A stretch of 63,048 nt of DNA, filler included, from Vannella sp. (GCA_023345925.1; 8 parts of 8 records of this genome joined end to end with filler, not necessarily neighbours in it); one strand, 5' to 3'. Shown: positions 11,730 to 23,648, counted from the whole stretch's first letter. Numbers and translations are program-made. The notes: generated from the letters alone by a model not told the origin.

Positions 11730-12701
11730 ATGGCGGAGGATCAGCACCTTTACAAAGTCATCGTTGTGGGAGACTATGCTGTGGGGAAGACCTCTATCAT
11801 CAAACGATACACGGAGGGGGTCTTTACTCCTCACTACAAGCTCACGATCGGTGTTGATTTTGCGGTCAAGGTGGTCGACTGGACAGACGACACCAAAGTT
11901 AGCCTTCAGGTAAGAGTCGTCACACCACAGAGTCTCCCACCTTTGTTGGTCCTCACCCTTTCGGGTGTCGCGGAGAAGTTGTGGGATGTTGCGGGCCACG
12001 AGCGATTTGGTACGTGTTGCCCCACAGAGACTCTGTGAACCTTTCATTCTGACCCACAGTCTAAAGGCACTATGACACGAGTGTATTACAAGTACGCCAT
12101 CGCGGCTGTGATCGTTTTTGATGTTTCTCGCCCGGCAACGTTTGAGGCGGTTATGAAGGTTGGGCATTCAAGTTTAGGGTGCTTGAGACAGGCAGGCACT
12201 TATCCTCTGCTGTAGTGGCGGGAAGATATCAATAGCAAGGTGGTACTATCCAATAATGCACCAATTCCCTGTATTTTGCTGGCCAACAAGGTGAGGGCAT
12301 GCCTCTTCTCTTCTTGAAGCCCTCACACGTTCTCCCTCACTCTTTGATTGTAGTGCGACCTCCCAAATGCCAATGTGGACCAGGAGGTTTTGGATGCCTT
12401 TTGCAAAAAGAACAATTTCCTTCTCTGGCAAGCAACCTCTGCTCAGGATGACCTCGGCATTGGTACGTATCGTGGGCTCATATCAAAAGCAGAGTTATTC
12501 TTGGGTCTGACTGCCTTGGTCACCTTTATAGAGGACGCAATGAGGAAGCTGATAGAAACCGTCTTGACAGTTGCCAAAGACAACGCACCGGAGAAAGATT
12601 CCAGCCTCATTAAGCTCGATCGACCTGCTCCCTCAAGAGGAGGTTCATCTCAAGCAAGAGGAGGCGGGGGACCAGCATCTTCGGATGGGGGATGTTGTTG
12701 A
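11730..12701 (+). CDS. RAB32: Rab32/38-family GTPase, 6 exons
   Basis: GDYAVGKT, YKLTIGVDF, LWDVAGHERFGTMTRVYYKYA, LLANKCD, TSA and a C-terminal GGCC prenylation motif. Confidence 0.9.
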
Positions 12702-12838
12702 GCGGTTGGTTCTCCTCGTCTCCCTTTTCCTTCTTCTGATGTGAATGGTGAAACCACGCCAACGAATGAATGAAGAATTTTCCATTCCCGGTTCCATTTC
12801 ATCTTCCCAGTGGGAGCCGCGCGTTGCTCATTGCGGAC

Positions 12839-13930
12839 ATGTTTGGGGTGATTCGAGGCATCAAGACTGGGAAGCGCACACTTCGGGTGTATCTTCAGGG
12901 GGCTCCTTTTGAACACCTGGATCTGCATCACTTTTGGTTGCGCTCTCAATCTGATCTTGACCGCCATCCGACCACGAACGAAAGGGTGGTGGACTCATCC
13001 GAAATCGACTTGGAAAGCGTCGTGCCTGAGAGTGTTAACTTCACGGAGAGAGAGTTAAAGATCTCCTGGATGGGAGAGAACCACGTCTCTACCTTCACCA
13101 CCGAGTTTCTTGTGGAGAATGCTTACGCTCCGGACCTGGAAGAGGTTCCTTCTCCTCCTTCGCGACTTTCTCGGATCATGATGGACGCTACTACGTTTGG
13201 AAGTCTCAGAGAGCTCATTCCCAATGTCCTCTCGCAAGTGGAGAAGGACGGAGTCGCAATTGTCACAGGATGCCCTGCTGACTCTGAAGGACATATGACG
13301 GAGGAGCTCATTGAGGCCGTCGAACAGTGTGGATTAGTTCTCCAAGAGACTCACTTTGGTCGTGTTGAAGATCTTCGAACGGACAACTCAACGAACCGCA
13401 ACACAGATCAATTGGGGTACACAGACTCTGGTGTACAACTTCATACGGACCAGCCTTTCATTGCTAAGCCTCCCAAATTCCAAATGCTTCAGTGTGTTCG
13501 GCCTGCAGACAAGGGAGGGGAGAGCTTTCTGGTGGATGGACTGGCTGCTGCTCGCTATCTCAAATCCATTGACGAGGACGCCTTCAATCTTCTCTCTTCC
13601 ATTCCAGTTCGTTTTCACCGAAAGCAAAAAGCGTTCGAGTCCAAGCAGGTGAAGCCCATCCTGGATTTTGATAGTGCCAATGCTCCTTTCCAAATTCGCT
13701 ACTCTTACTTCTCCATGGCCCCTCACATCGTCCCTTTTGGCAAGATGGAAAGCTATTATCGCGCTTACAGCAAATTCGCGAAGATTGTCAGAGACAACCA
13801 ACACCAGTATCGTTACCGATTGCAACCAGGCGAGTTCATTTTTTACTCCAATTGGAGAATGCTTCATGCACGGGAATCTTTCCAAGGACCACGGTGGCTG
13901 AAAGGGGTCTATTTTGTTCCAAAAGAGTGA
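12839..13930 (+). CDS. Gamma-butyrobetaine/trimethyllysine hydroxylase-like Fe(II)/2OG dioxygenase (TauD superfamily), intronless
   Basis: N-terminal HFWLR...HPTTNER (GBBH-N-like), HTD iron motif, GGESFLVDG, NWRMLHARESF.G.RWLKGVY. Confidence 0.88.
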   Translation: MFGVIRGIKTGKRTLRVYLQGAPFEHLDLHHFWLRSQSDLDRHPTTNERVVDSSEIDLESVVPESVNFTERELKISWMGENHVSTFTTEFLVENAYAPDLEEVPSPPSRLSRIMMDATTFGSLRELIPNVLSQVEKDGVAIVTGCPADSEGHMTEELIEAVEQCGLVLQETHFGRVEDLRTDNSTNRNTDQLGYTDSGVQLHTDQPFIAKPPKFQMLQCVRPADKGGESFLVDGLAAARYLKSIDEDAFNLLSSIPVRFHRKQKAFESKQVKPILDFDSANAPFQIRYSYFSMAPHIVPFGKMESYYRAYSKFAKIVRDNQHQYRYRLQPGEFIFYSNWRMLHARESFQGPRWLKGVYFVPKE

Positions 13931-14170
13931 CCTTCGAAACGGTAAAGAGGATTTACCATGAGCACCGACCGCACCGCTAATCCCAAAGGCCATAAACTCA
14001 CAGAAAGCAAGGGTTTAGACTTTCGAGAGGTCAGTGAGTTCCTGAATGTGCCGATTATCGCTTTGATTTAGATTGACAGTCAAATGGGAGTTCCAATTGG
14101 AGGAGGTCAACTTTATCCTTTCAACGACCTGTGCAGAGCAGGGATGGTTATGGCTAGTAAACCAGGTCAA

Positions 14171-14603
14171 CCTCTAAATAGGGACCGTTACTAATGAACT
14201 CCTCTGCAACGGGAGACTCCTGGTTGGCCCTGAGAGAATGAGGGAGAGAGTTCACGGCCACTTAACCACGTCCGCTGGCCCTGGTTGAAAATTGCCTCTA
14301 AAATCAATCGGGACCTTTACCAATCGACTTTTTATGTGTTTTAGTCGGGGTGCTTTTTGCACTCATTTGACCATCGCTCCAAACGAGGGAAAAGTGGCCC
14401 TCTTAAAAACATATAAACATCATTTGGATCGGTAGGAGTCGCATTTAGAAGTGAAGCAAAAGGAGGCCAGCGGACGTGGTTTAGTGAACTCTCTTCACTG
14501 TGATTTCCTCAAAAAACACTTCCAGAGCATCACACCAGGATTGCTTGCGATGAAAAGGATGGAGCTGAAAGAATCAACCATTCATTAGTGGGCCGGTGAG
14601 AGG
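14171..14603. mobile_element. Non-coding foldback/MITE-like element (imperfect palindrome)
   Basis: Perfect 17-bp inverted repeat AACCACGTCCGCTGGCC (14264-14280) / GGCCAGCGGACGTGGTT (14465-14481). Further paired arms: AGAGAGTTCAC/GTGAACTCTCT (14245/14494) and CTAATGAA/TTCATTAG (14191/14588). Related pieces on three other contigs. Confidence 0.75.
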
Positions 14604-14615
14604 AAAGGCGGGAAA

Positions 14616-14715
14616 NNNNNNNNNNNNNNNNNNNNNNNNNNNNNNNNNNNNNNNNNNNNTTAATTAATTAANNNNNNNNNNNNNNNNNNNNNNNNNNNNN
14701 NNNNNNNNNNNNNNN
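14616..14715. other. Artificial contig spacer
   Basis: N44-TTAATTAATTAA-N44. Confidence 0.99.
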
Positions 14716-15249
14716 CGTTGAACCAAACTTTGCACCAACATCTGCGATGACGTGCTTGTTTGACATTCTTTCTTTGAAGTTTAGCAGAAGGATCGCAGTC
14801 ACCAACCTCAATCTCAACACAACCAGAAGATTTGGCTCTTCCGTTGGGCACAACTTGGAAGATGCGCCATATCAGGAGCTGTGCATTGCCTGATTTGGGG
14901 CCAGATGCATTCAGGAGCAGCCTGAGAGGTCTTTCCCTTCGATGAGTAATCATTCCCTCCCTTCTCAGTCCCGCATGCCAGTTCTCTCGACATTCTCTTT
15001 CCGCTTTCTGAAAAGGAAAAGCTCTTCCAAACAACAGAGAGTCTCCTTCCAAGCCCTTTCTTCTCCAGTCACCACACAGACCTTTCTTATTCCTCCAGAA
15101 GTGAGCCAAACCTCTTCTTGTTCTCCTCCCGCTCTGTCCCTTCAACGGGTTCGAAGGACTGTTTGCGAGCCTGCAGCTCCATAAATGATGGTTCTTCGAC
15201 TTGCTGTTCGTAAAGTAGGCTTTTTAGTGCGCAGCAAAGTGAAGGAGAC

Positions 15250-18005
15250 TTAAGAGCGGGTGAAGGTTTGAAGGAATGGATAATCGCGCTCTCTCCAAGC
15301 CATGTTCCTGCGGATTGATTCCAAAGAGAGTTGAATGGTCCTGGCGGCCTCGGGAGCAGAGTTCTCTTGGAAGAACCTTTCAACCTCTTCCAGGCGCATT
15401 GCAGAGTAGAAAGAAGAAGTACAACAAGTAATGATTCTCTGGAGGAGGAGATTGGCACCATCGCATGCTTGCTGATGGGCCAGCCAGTTCTCTTTCAAGA
15501 ACTCCCACGCAACCACTTGTCCCTGCTGGCAGCAGACCACTCCAGCATAAGCCAATGCTAGATCCTGGTCTCGTACGGCATCATCGAACAGGGCAAACTG
15601 CAAAGTCTCCCATGGACGGCCAGTTCCAAGCGCCCGAAGCGCTTGAAGCTTCTCTGTAGAACTAGAAGCATCGAAAAAGCGTTGCTTGACGTCATCATAA
15701 GCACCATGATACTGCACCATCAGTTTGAACATCATAAACCGCTGATTCGCGGGAATCAATCCCGCCTCATAGCGTTCTTTGACCTGGTCAAGAACTGCCT
15801 GGTTCCCTGAAGAGCCAGCAAGGTCAAGAGCTCTGGTTCTCAACAGTTTTGTTGAGTCTTCTTCATCACCTCTTTCCTCCCAACCAAGGCGCTCCACTAG
15901 AGGAAGTGAGAACTAGCTAGAGAGGGAGATCTTGACTTACCAATGGGAAGAGAAAGATCAATGGCAATCTGCCGAAGGTGAGAAGCAAACGGCTGGTCAC
16001 TGAAGAGGAAATAGACCGTTTCAAGGTTATCTGCGAGGTCAGAAAAGACGGAAAAGGGAAGTTCCTGGTTCTGGTAGGATTCACAAAGGTGCAGGAATTC
16101 AGTAACTGGCTGCAAACCTGCCTGGACCAGGGCAAAGGCATCGGCTTGAATACTGAGCAAGTCAACTGCAGAAAGGAGACTGCTTTGCAAAGGCAATTCT
16201 AGAGCCTTCATGAAGGCTTGGCTGTAACGGACATGGAAGAAACCAACGTGCTCCTTGTTTGCAAGAAGCCAGCGATTTGGCGCATTGCCTTGATAGAACC
16301 ATTCCGGGAGTTCTATGGAAGTACTTTCCGTTGTCAGTGCCACTTGGTAGGTATCCGAGCTCGAGTTCGACGTGAGAACGATGTTACAGTGCCAAAGAGA
16401 CTGATGGCCCGTCTGTTCAGTCTGCGGGGAGCTGAAGAAACGGCCCTGTGTTATGGTTATCTTTTGGGGGTTCTCCTCCTCTGCTTCAATGGAGAGGACA
16501 GGGAACCCTGGTTGGTGAATCCAACTGTCCATGAAAGAAGTCACATTCTTTCCTGAGCTTTCTGTGAGAGCTCTCCACAGGTCATGGGTGTTCGTATTGC
16601 CATACTGGTGCTCTTTAAGATACAATTTGATGCCCTCCTGGAAAGCAAAGGCCCCCAGATAGTCTTCCAGCATCCGGATGACGCTGGCACCTTTGCAGTA
16701 AGAGATGTCATCGAAAATCTCAAAGATCTCGTTCGTGTCATTCACTTCCACGTTAATTGGATGTGTCTGGACCATCGCATCCAGTTGGTGAGCCGCGTAG
16801 ACATAGCGACTCACAAATAACTGCCAAGTGTCCCATGTAGGGAAGAAGTGGTGGACTGCTCGATTGCCCAGCCAAGTCGCAAACCCTTCTTTGAGCCAAA
16901 GTTCGCCCCACCACTCGATGCTGACCAGATTGCCAAACCAAAAGTGAGCGAGTTCGTGAGCAACAAGGCCAGCCACTCGCTGCTTCTCTTGAACACTGCT
17001 ATTTGCAGTGTCAATGAGAAGACCGTTCTCGCGGAAGGTAATAAGGCCCCAGTTCTCCATCGCACCGATGGGAAAGTCAGCAATGGCGATCAAATCGACT
17101 TTGGGGAGTTCATTGTTCACCCCAAAGTACTCTTCGTAGTGTGCCAGTACCTTTTGGGCCATCTCCAAAGCAAACTGACCCCTCTCAGCCTTCCCTTTCC
17201 CGGTGTAGACACGCAGCGGATATCCTGTGCGGGCAATAGGAGCTTCGACATAGTCAAAGTGTCCAATAGCCAGCGCTATCAGGTACGTAGACATGACAGG
17301 AGTCTTCTCAAACTCGACTTGCACTCGTCCATGCTCCAAATCTACTTGGCGAGCCACAGGCATGTTGCTAAGGGCAGTCAATCCCTTCGGGATGATGACG
17401 GTCACCAAGAACACGCTCTTCAGAGCCGGCTCATCAAAGCAGGGGAACGCTCGACGCGCGTTTGTGGCCTCAAAGTGTGTGGTAAGCATCCAATCATCCT
17501 CATTCCGCCTCCCGTCCTCCGTAGGATCGACAACACTCGAAGCTGCGATGTAACGCGACCGATAAAGGCCCGCCAGCGTCTCCTTGATCATCCCTTTGAA
17601 CTCCAAAGTAAGTGTACCTTGCTTATAGACCCCCTGTTAGTCTCAAAAGTGGCCAGATCCTCAGAACACTCACAGAACCTGCGAGGAGCTCCTCTCCGAG
17701 TTGCACCTCGTGCTGAAACGCGCCCTTTCCTGGGACCTGGGCCACAACAGGAACGTCTAGTTGATCTCCATTGTTCTGACCATAAGTGTGAGCGCCTCTC
17801 TTGTATTGGCAGGGTTCCCTACAAGAAGAGAGAAGCGCGCGGAAGTGACCTCCAGCCCGTCGCTGTTCAAGACAACAGAACGCGTTGCAGACTTCACCAA
17901 CACGTCTATCGCAACTGTACCCCGATAGGAGAAGTCCTCAAAGCACGGTTCCATCACCAAACGATACAGAGTCGGCTTCACCGCCTCCGGCAGAGTTTGT
18001 CTCAT
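15250..18005 (-). CDS. M1 family zinc aminopeptidase (puromycin-sensitive aminopeptidase-like)
   Basis: THFEATNARRAFPCFDEP, GAMENWGL, HELAHFWFGNLV...WLKEGFA, SYCKG, and an ERAP1-like C-terminal domain. Three short introns. Confidence 0.95.
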
Positions 18006-18069
18006 TTGGGCGGGAAAAAATGATTCCCTGAGCCTTCAAGACCCGTAGTCTGCCAAGCTTCTCTCATAT

Positions 18070-19771
18070 CTATTGTGGGAATAGGAGGGGCTGGAGGAAG
18101 GCCAAGGCCTTGGTGCAAGGTGCTGGTGGCTCTTGGTCGAACGGATTCTCCTCGGGAAGGCGCTGTGCAGTGCTCTTTGAGTGCTTGTGAGTAATAGAGA
18201 AGATGTCAGGAAGAGGGTAAGTACCCAAAACTGCTCGCGGAGGGATTGAGAGGGGTGGCAGTGGACCAAAAGGAGGAGAACTTCCTCACATTGGACTCGC
18301 ATTCGGTCTAGTTCTGCTCTTGCCCCCTTTGATGGTGTTTCTACGTATCCTTGCTCAAAACATAGAAGGATTGGGCGTAGAATGGCACCTAAATGTGGGG
18401 GAATACGAGGCCACGCCGTCTTGCACAAGACAGAAACTGCTTCTAAACCATTGGATTGTACTTCCTGGTCCGGCCACTGCAGGAAAACAGCTATAACATC
18501 GAATATCCTCTTCACCAGTATGAGTAGAAGTCACAGAATGAAGCGTCACTCACATGCAGGTACGGCACAGAATAAAGCCCCATCAATTCCAGTGCCTTCG
18601 CTAAAGAGTGACTGTAGATCTGATGCGGTTACCATTAGCTAGTGAAGAGAAACCTTGAATCTCTTACGCGTCTAAAAGAGCTCCCAGAAGAACGCTCACA
18701 CTCTGAAAGAAGCTCCAAAAGGAAGGTCACGTGAATGTCGCTTGGCGCCTCAGAGGAGGATTGAAGAAGCTGATGGGATAAAAGGATACTTGGTATCAAT
18801 ATGGCGACCACTGGTAGCTCCCGGTGTGCCAATGAAGCTCTAAGTTGGGTCCAAATCACTCGAAGAAGATCAGGAGCGACCATTTGTGATGTTCTCTGAG
18901 CCTGCAAGCGGAGCTTTTCAAGCGCTTTGGACAGAATCTTGACTCCAAGGACCTTGTTCCCTCCCCAGTACTCTTCCAAGAGCTGCAGAGAAAAAGGCAT
19001 CACTTGTCGCAACACACTTTCGTCCATTTCCTCGTTCTGCTCATTTCATGGATTGTTAGGGACGGAGGGTATCAAGAGAGAGGACAGGCATTACAGGGAG
19101 TTGGTCTACCAGGTAGAAAAGGACGTATTTGGGCGACACTGCTCGATTAAGCCAACTAGCCGCTTCGTTGGTGTCTGTTGGGGCGAGAGGAGTGGCCTCT
19201 GCCTCTTCTATACTCTTACATATGGAAGATAGAATCGATTTCTTGTACTTGGCTACCAGAGCGGGCTCGGAGCAGCCCAAAGCAGAGCAAACTAGTCTGA
19301 GAATGTCGTCCATTTGAACCTGAAGGGCCGCTTGATTCCACAGAGGATGTGAATGAGAACTTGTGTCTTCATAGAAGACGTAAGAGAACTCTGCACGCTT
19401 CCAAAGTAGATCCACAATGAGGGATTGCCCAAGTACCCCTTCCTTCACCTCCGCCTGCCACTTCCCGCTCTAACTTGCGAATGAGGAGCCAACCAGAGAC
19501 TTACAAGATCACTACTTACCACAGTCACCTCTTGCAGACGCTGCAGAGCCACCTGGTTCGCTTCTTTGTCCTCCGCCAAAGCAGTCAGGTCCTCCGGGGA
19601 GAGTTTAGAGCGATCAAAGCGCACTGAACCCATCCTCAGTAAGTATGGCCATCCCATCAACAGCAAGTACGCACGATCACGCTCTAAACGAGCGTAAAGC
19701 CCTTGTGGCAACTTCCAACTCCTCAGTAAGTCCCCCAGTGACTCCAAACCACTCCCTTGGCCATCTCCCAT
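18070..19771 (-). CDS. TTI2: TTI2 (TELO2-interacting protein 2)-like HEAT protein, multi-exon
   Basis: LLEEYWGGNKVLGVKIL and LKRIFDVIAVFLQWPD...LEAVSVLCKTAWPRIPPHLGAIL match the Tti2 pattern. Exon boundaries are partly inferred. Confidence 0.7.
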
Positions 19772-19824
19772 CACGCAATGAACTTTGAAAGCCCTGTGGA
19801 GGCTCATTAATAGGTTCTGGGCGG

Positions 19825-20817
19825 ATGGCAGCGAACTTTTGGACTTCCAAGCATTGGTACGGCTTCCTTGGGCAGTCTGAGAGTTGTTTGACGGAGTAGA
19901 AAGTAAGGACTTGCGAGCGCCGTCTGAGGTGAGGGCGAGAACAGAGTGCAACAACATGTTATCCAAAGAGGAGCTCTTCATCGTCAAGTTCTATCATTGC
20001 CACTGTGGGGAGGCGCCCTCTGTCTCTCTTGTACCTTACTAATACGTTAGAGAAGTGATACAGCTGGTAGCCAAGAAGATGGGAGCGGGCCAGATCGTGG
20101 TGGGGACGGCGACGGTGTTCTATCGCCGACTTTTCTCCCGGTGAGCCTCTCCCACCCCTTCCTTGTCCTATCTAACTTGGAACGAGTCTAGGAGAACGTA
20201 CAGAGACCATGATCCTTCCCTCTTCTCGATAGCATGTCTCTATTTAGCCTCCAAGCTGGAAGAAGTCTCATTACACCAAGGGCAAGCCGAGGTGATGATG
20301 CAAGCAGTCAGGATGATCATCCCCTCATTCCCCTTCTTGCTCGAACACCTCATGAAGGCAGAATACCTCCTCCTGGAAGAGCTGAACTTCGATCTGATCG
20401 TCTTCTCGCCATATCAGTCTCTCTCACAGTATGCCTTGGACGCCAAGCTGGGGGACAAAGTGGACCAGCTATGGGGCATCATCAGTGACTCGATGAAGCT
20501 GACAGACCTCTGCTTATCCTTCGCTCCTCACATGATCACGCTTGGCGCCATCTTCTATCTCATGATTAGCGAGGAGCTGGACCTCCTCACTTGGTTTGCG
20601 GGGCTCAACGTTGATATGCAAGAGGTGAGAATCTCCTTCACTAGCCAGAGCCAGACAATGACCCTTTCTCGGCCAGATTGGATACATTGCCAACTGGATG
20701 GCTCGTGCTAGCGAGGAGCACGGCAAGATTCAGAAGGCTCAAGTGGTTGCTACTCTGAACAAGCTCCAAGGTGCCTTAAGCAATCTCCCTGGGGCCACTC
20801 AAGTGCTTCAGGGATGA
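19825..20817 (+). CDS. CCNC: Cyclin C (CDK8 module), 5 exons
   Basis: Diagnostic N-terminus MAANFWTSKH; GTATVFYRR, ACLYLASKLEE, EYLLLEELNFDLIVFSPY, WFAGLNVDM. Confidence 0.93.
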
Positions 20818-20879
20818 GTATTCAAGTCAATTCTATTGTCCCTCTTGGAGGTAGTAAAGTACAGAAGAGCCTACTGGCC

Positions 20880-22013
20880 CTAATGAGGTGAATCCTGGAG
20901 CAACTGCTTACAGAACTCATATGTGCTTATCATAATGGCGCAACCAGGCGCCACTTTGGCTGTTCGAGGGAGCATTCCCCTCGTAAACCCTCGCCATCCG
21001 TCCTCACGGACAATTCGACGGCAGATGGCCAGGACAGAGGATGTCCCTGGACCACTAGATGATAGAGACATCTGCCTCTGTGTCTTGATCACGTCAAAAG
21101 GATTGGAAATGATCGAAGCGAGTGTTCCCGCCAGCGCGCCGGCGATCAAGTCCACTGCTACGCGCTGGCCAGGGCTGATCTCATCATCGTCTGCTATGTG
21201 GTGGATCATATGTACTTTGCTGATCTCATAGCCGCCCCAATAGACGGCGGAGAAGGGGACATCGCGCAGCAGCGTGGGCCCCAACCCGCCCCACAGATTC
21301 GTCCAGCCATGACGTTTGATGATGTTCACGAAGGTTCTTCGCATACCTAGAGACATGTGAGGACCTGATCAGGGGTAAGGGGAGAGAGGAGCGTACTGTT
21401 GTTGTCAATGGAAGCGTCGGCTATCACATTGGCTTGCAGATTGGTTCGAACTAACTCCAGAGGGCTCACCACTGTGGCAGTGATGATCCTTCCCGCCATA
21501 CCTGCCACAATGGGAGCGATCCAGAAGCGAGGAGGGTCCATAGCGGCCACTTTCTCCCTCACTAACTCGTAGATGGGGAAGTACCTGCGGCGGTGAGCAT
21601 CCAAGTGTCAAGGATTCGATTGAACTCACAGTACTGAGCTAGGAACTTGCATCATCAGGGTAGGGCGAAGGCCCTTCCATAGTGAGGGAATGCCTTCTTG
21701 TCGAGGGATCTTTATCAGCGCGTCCTTTCCACCCCGATCGTTGAGAATCAGATGCTTAGAGATGTAAGGGACTACTCACTATCATTCCATTGAGTCTATT
21801 GCGACCCAGCTGTGCTGACTGAGCCTGCAGACGTGCCTTGACCACGTCAAAGGGAGTCACTGTCCATCCTGACATCAGAAAGGCTCTCCCTAGCCTCCAA
21901 GGAAGTCTCTCACCCAACAAAGCAACCGCACAACCACCTACAGAGGCAGAAAGCACCCGTTGGAAGTACAAACTCGCTCCTCCCCACTCCCCAGTGGGCT
22001 GGCTGGACTCCAT
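20880..22013 (-). CDS. Mitochondrial carrier, SLC25A39/40 (Mtm1)-like
   Basis: Three carrier signatures (TPFDVVKARLQ, SPLELVRTNLQ, NPFDVIKTQRQ), GPTLLRDVPFSAVYW and KVAPGCAIMISTYE. Confidence 0.9.
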
Positions 22014-22089
22014 CAACAAATGAATGAAAAAAGAGGTTTCCAGGAAGTGCATGGGACCCTCCTCATGGGCCAGTTTGCAGCAGGCGGGG

Positions 22090-22957
22090 ATGGAAGGTTT
22101 GGTGCAGCTCACTTCCGAAGCGCCTTCTCGCTACAACCACTTGGAGTTGATGGAAACGGGAGAGATCCTTCGGGCGATGAACAGTGAAGACAAGACGGTC
22201 CCTCTCGCGGTCGAACGGTGCAGTAAGAAGGGCTTCTCTGCCAAGCGGGGCGCTGATCTTTGCTTCAGTCCCTCAGATCGAGAAGATCGTTGATGCTGTA
22301 GTGGAGAGAGTTAAGAGGGGAGGAAGGCTTCTCTATATTGGAGCAGGAACGAGCGGGCGCTTGGGTGTGGTGGACGCGAGCGAGTGCCTCCCCACTTTTG
22401 GGGTTGGTGATCTCGTCTTCGCTGCGATCGCTGGTGGAGATCACGCCTTACGCAACCCAGTAGAGAGTGCTGAAGATAGCGAGCTCCAAGCATGGAACGA
22501 TCTGCAGACTATGTTCCAAGTCAAGCCTGAGGACGCTGTCGTCGGTATCACTGCCTCTGGGCGCACCCCTTACGTGCTAGGTGGACTGATCTGTGCCAAG
22601 AAACATGGCCTCTTTACTGGAGGCATCACATGCAACGAGAACTCTGAGCTAGCAGCGATTGCGGATGAAACAGTTGCGGTTGTGGTCGGGCCTGAGTTCC
22701 TCACTGGCAGTACACGCCTCAAGTCTGGTACAGCTCAAAAGCTTGTCTTGAACATGATCAGCACTGCCCTTATGATCCGTTTGGGGAAGGTGCGAGGCAA
22801 CCAGATGGTGGACATGCGCATCTCGAACGCCAAACTTGTTCTTCGAGGCACCAGGATGATCTCTGAGACGCTCAACATCTCTCTTGAAGCAGCAGCAGAG
22901 CTTCTTACACAGCATGGTAGCGTTCGATTGGCCGTTGATGCCTATCAAAGTCAATAA
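22090..22957 (+). CDS. murQ: N-acetylmuramic acid 6-phosphate etherase (273 aa after splicing one 46-nt intron)
   Basis: GRLLYIGAGTSGRLGVVDASECLPTFG, IAGGD.A....VESAED, GITASGRTPYV, VGPEFLTGSTRLKSGTAQKLVLNMIST, GNQMVDM..SNAKL..RG. Intron 22223-22268 (GTAAGA...CTGAT...TTCAG). Confidence 0.95.
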
Positions 22958-23548
22958 TCTTCCAGAAATACACTTTCTTCCCAAGAGTCCGCTTGCAGGG
23001 ATAGGTTCCATACCTTCGAGGAAGATGTTAATGTCAGGATCTGGGAATGAAGCGTTTCAATGCGCGCCTTTTCGTAGTCCACGGGTGGGCAGGAATGTTG
23101 ATCTTCCGATTCGGGACTGGAGGAGGGTTAATCACTTCAGAGTGAGAAGTTCCTTTCCCTGGTGATAAGGAACCTCCTTTCCAACAGCGAACCACAAGGA
23201 AAGGGTGCTTCAACGATGACCAAGGAGCTTGCGAACACGGGAACAAGGAAAGGGTGCTTCAACGAGAACTCTATTGAATGAAATGAAGCGGGACTTGAAA
23301 GGAAATGCTTGAAAGTGTCAATATCACTGTTTCGGGAGGTTCAGGGTCATTTGCCCCAGCAAACTGGTGTGGGACACTTGCAGTGCTAACTTATCGAAGG
23401 ATGCTACAGCATGATCCCCTTTCCAAGCTTCATGTCTTGGCAGGGATGAATGACCGGGTATCGTCCTATTTGCTTCACCAAAGCATCATCGGCTTTGTAT
23501 TGGATGTGTTGAGCAAGACACAAATCATCACACTCCGCAAGAAAGTCG

Positions 23549-23648
23549 NNNNNNNNNNNNNNNNNNNNNNNNNNNNNNNNNNNNNNNNNNNNTTAATTAA
23601 TTAANNNNNNNNNNNNNNNNNNNNNNNNNNNNNNNNNNNNNNNNNNNN
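23549..23648. other. Artificial contig spacer
   Basis: N44-TTAATTAATTAA-N44. Confidence 0.99.

Noticed and set aside
14716..15213. Possible 3' exons of an unknown plus-strand gene
   Set aside because: A splice model is possible but there is no recognisable domain and the gene is truncated by the contig edge.
23194..23265. 23-bp direct repeat ACAAGGAAAGGGTGCTTCAACGA x2 with a 26-nt spacer (CRISPR-like spacing)
   Set aside because: Only two units, eukaryotic context, no cas genes; a simple local duplication.
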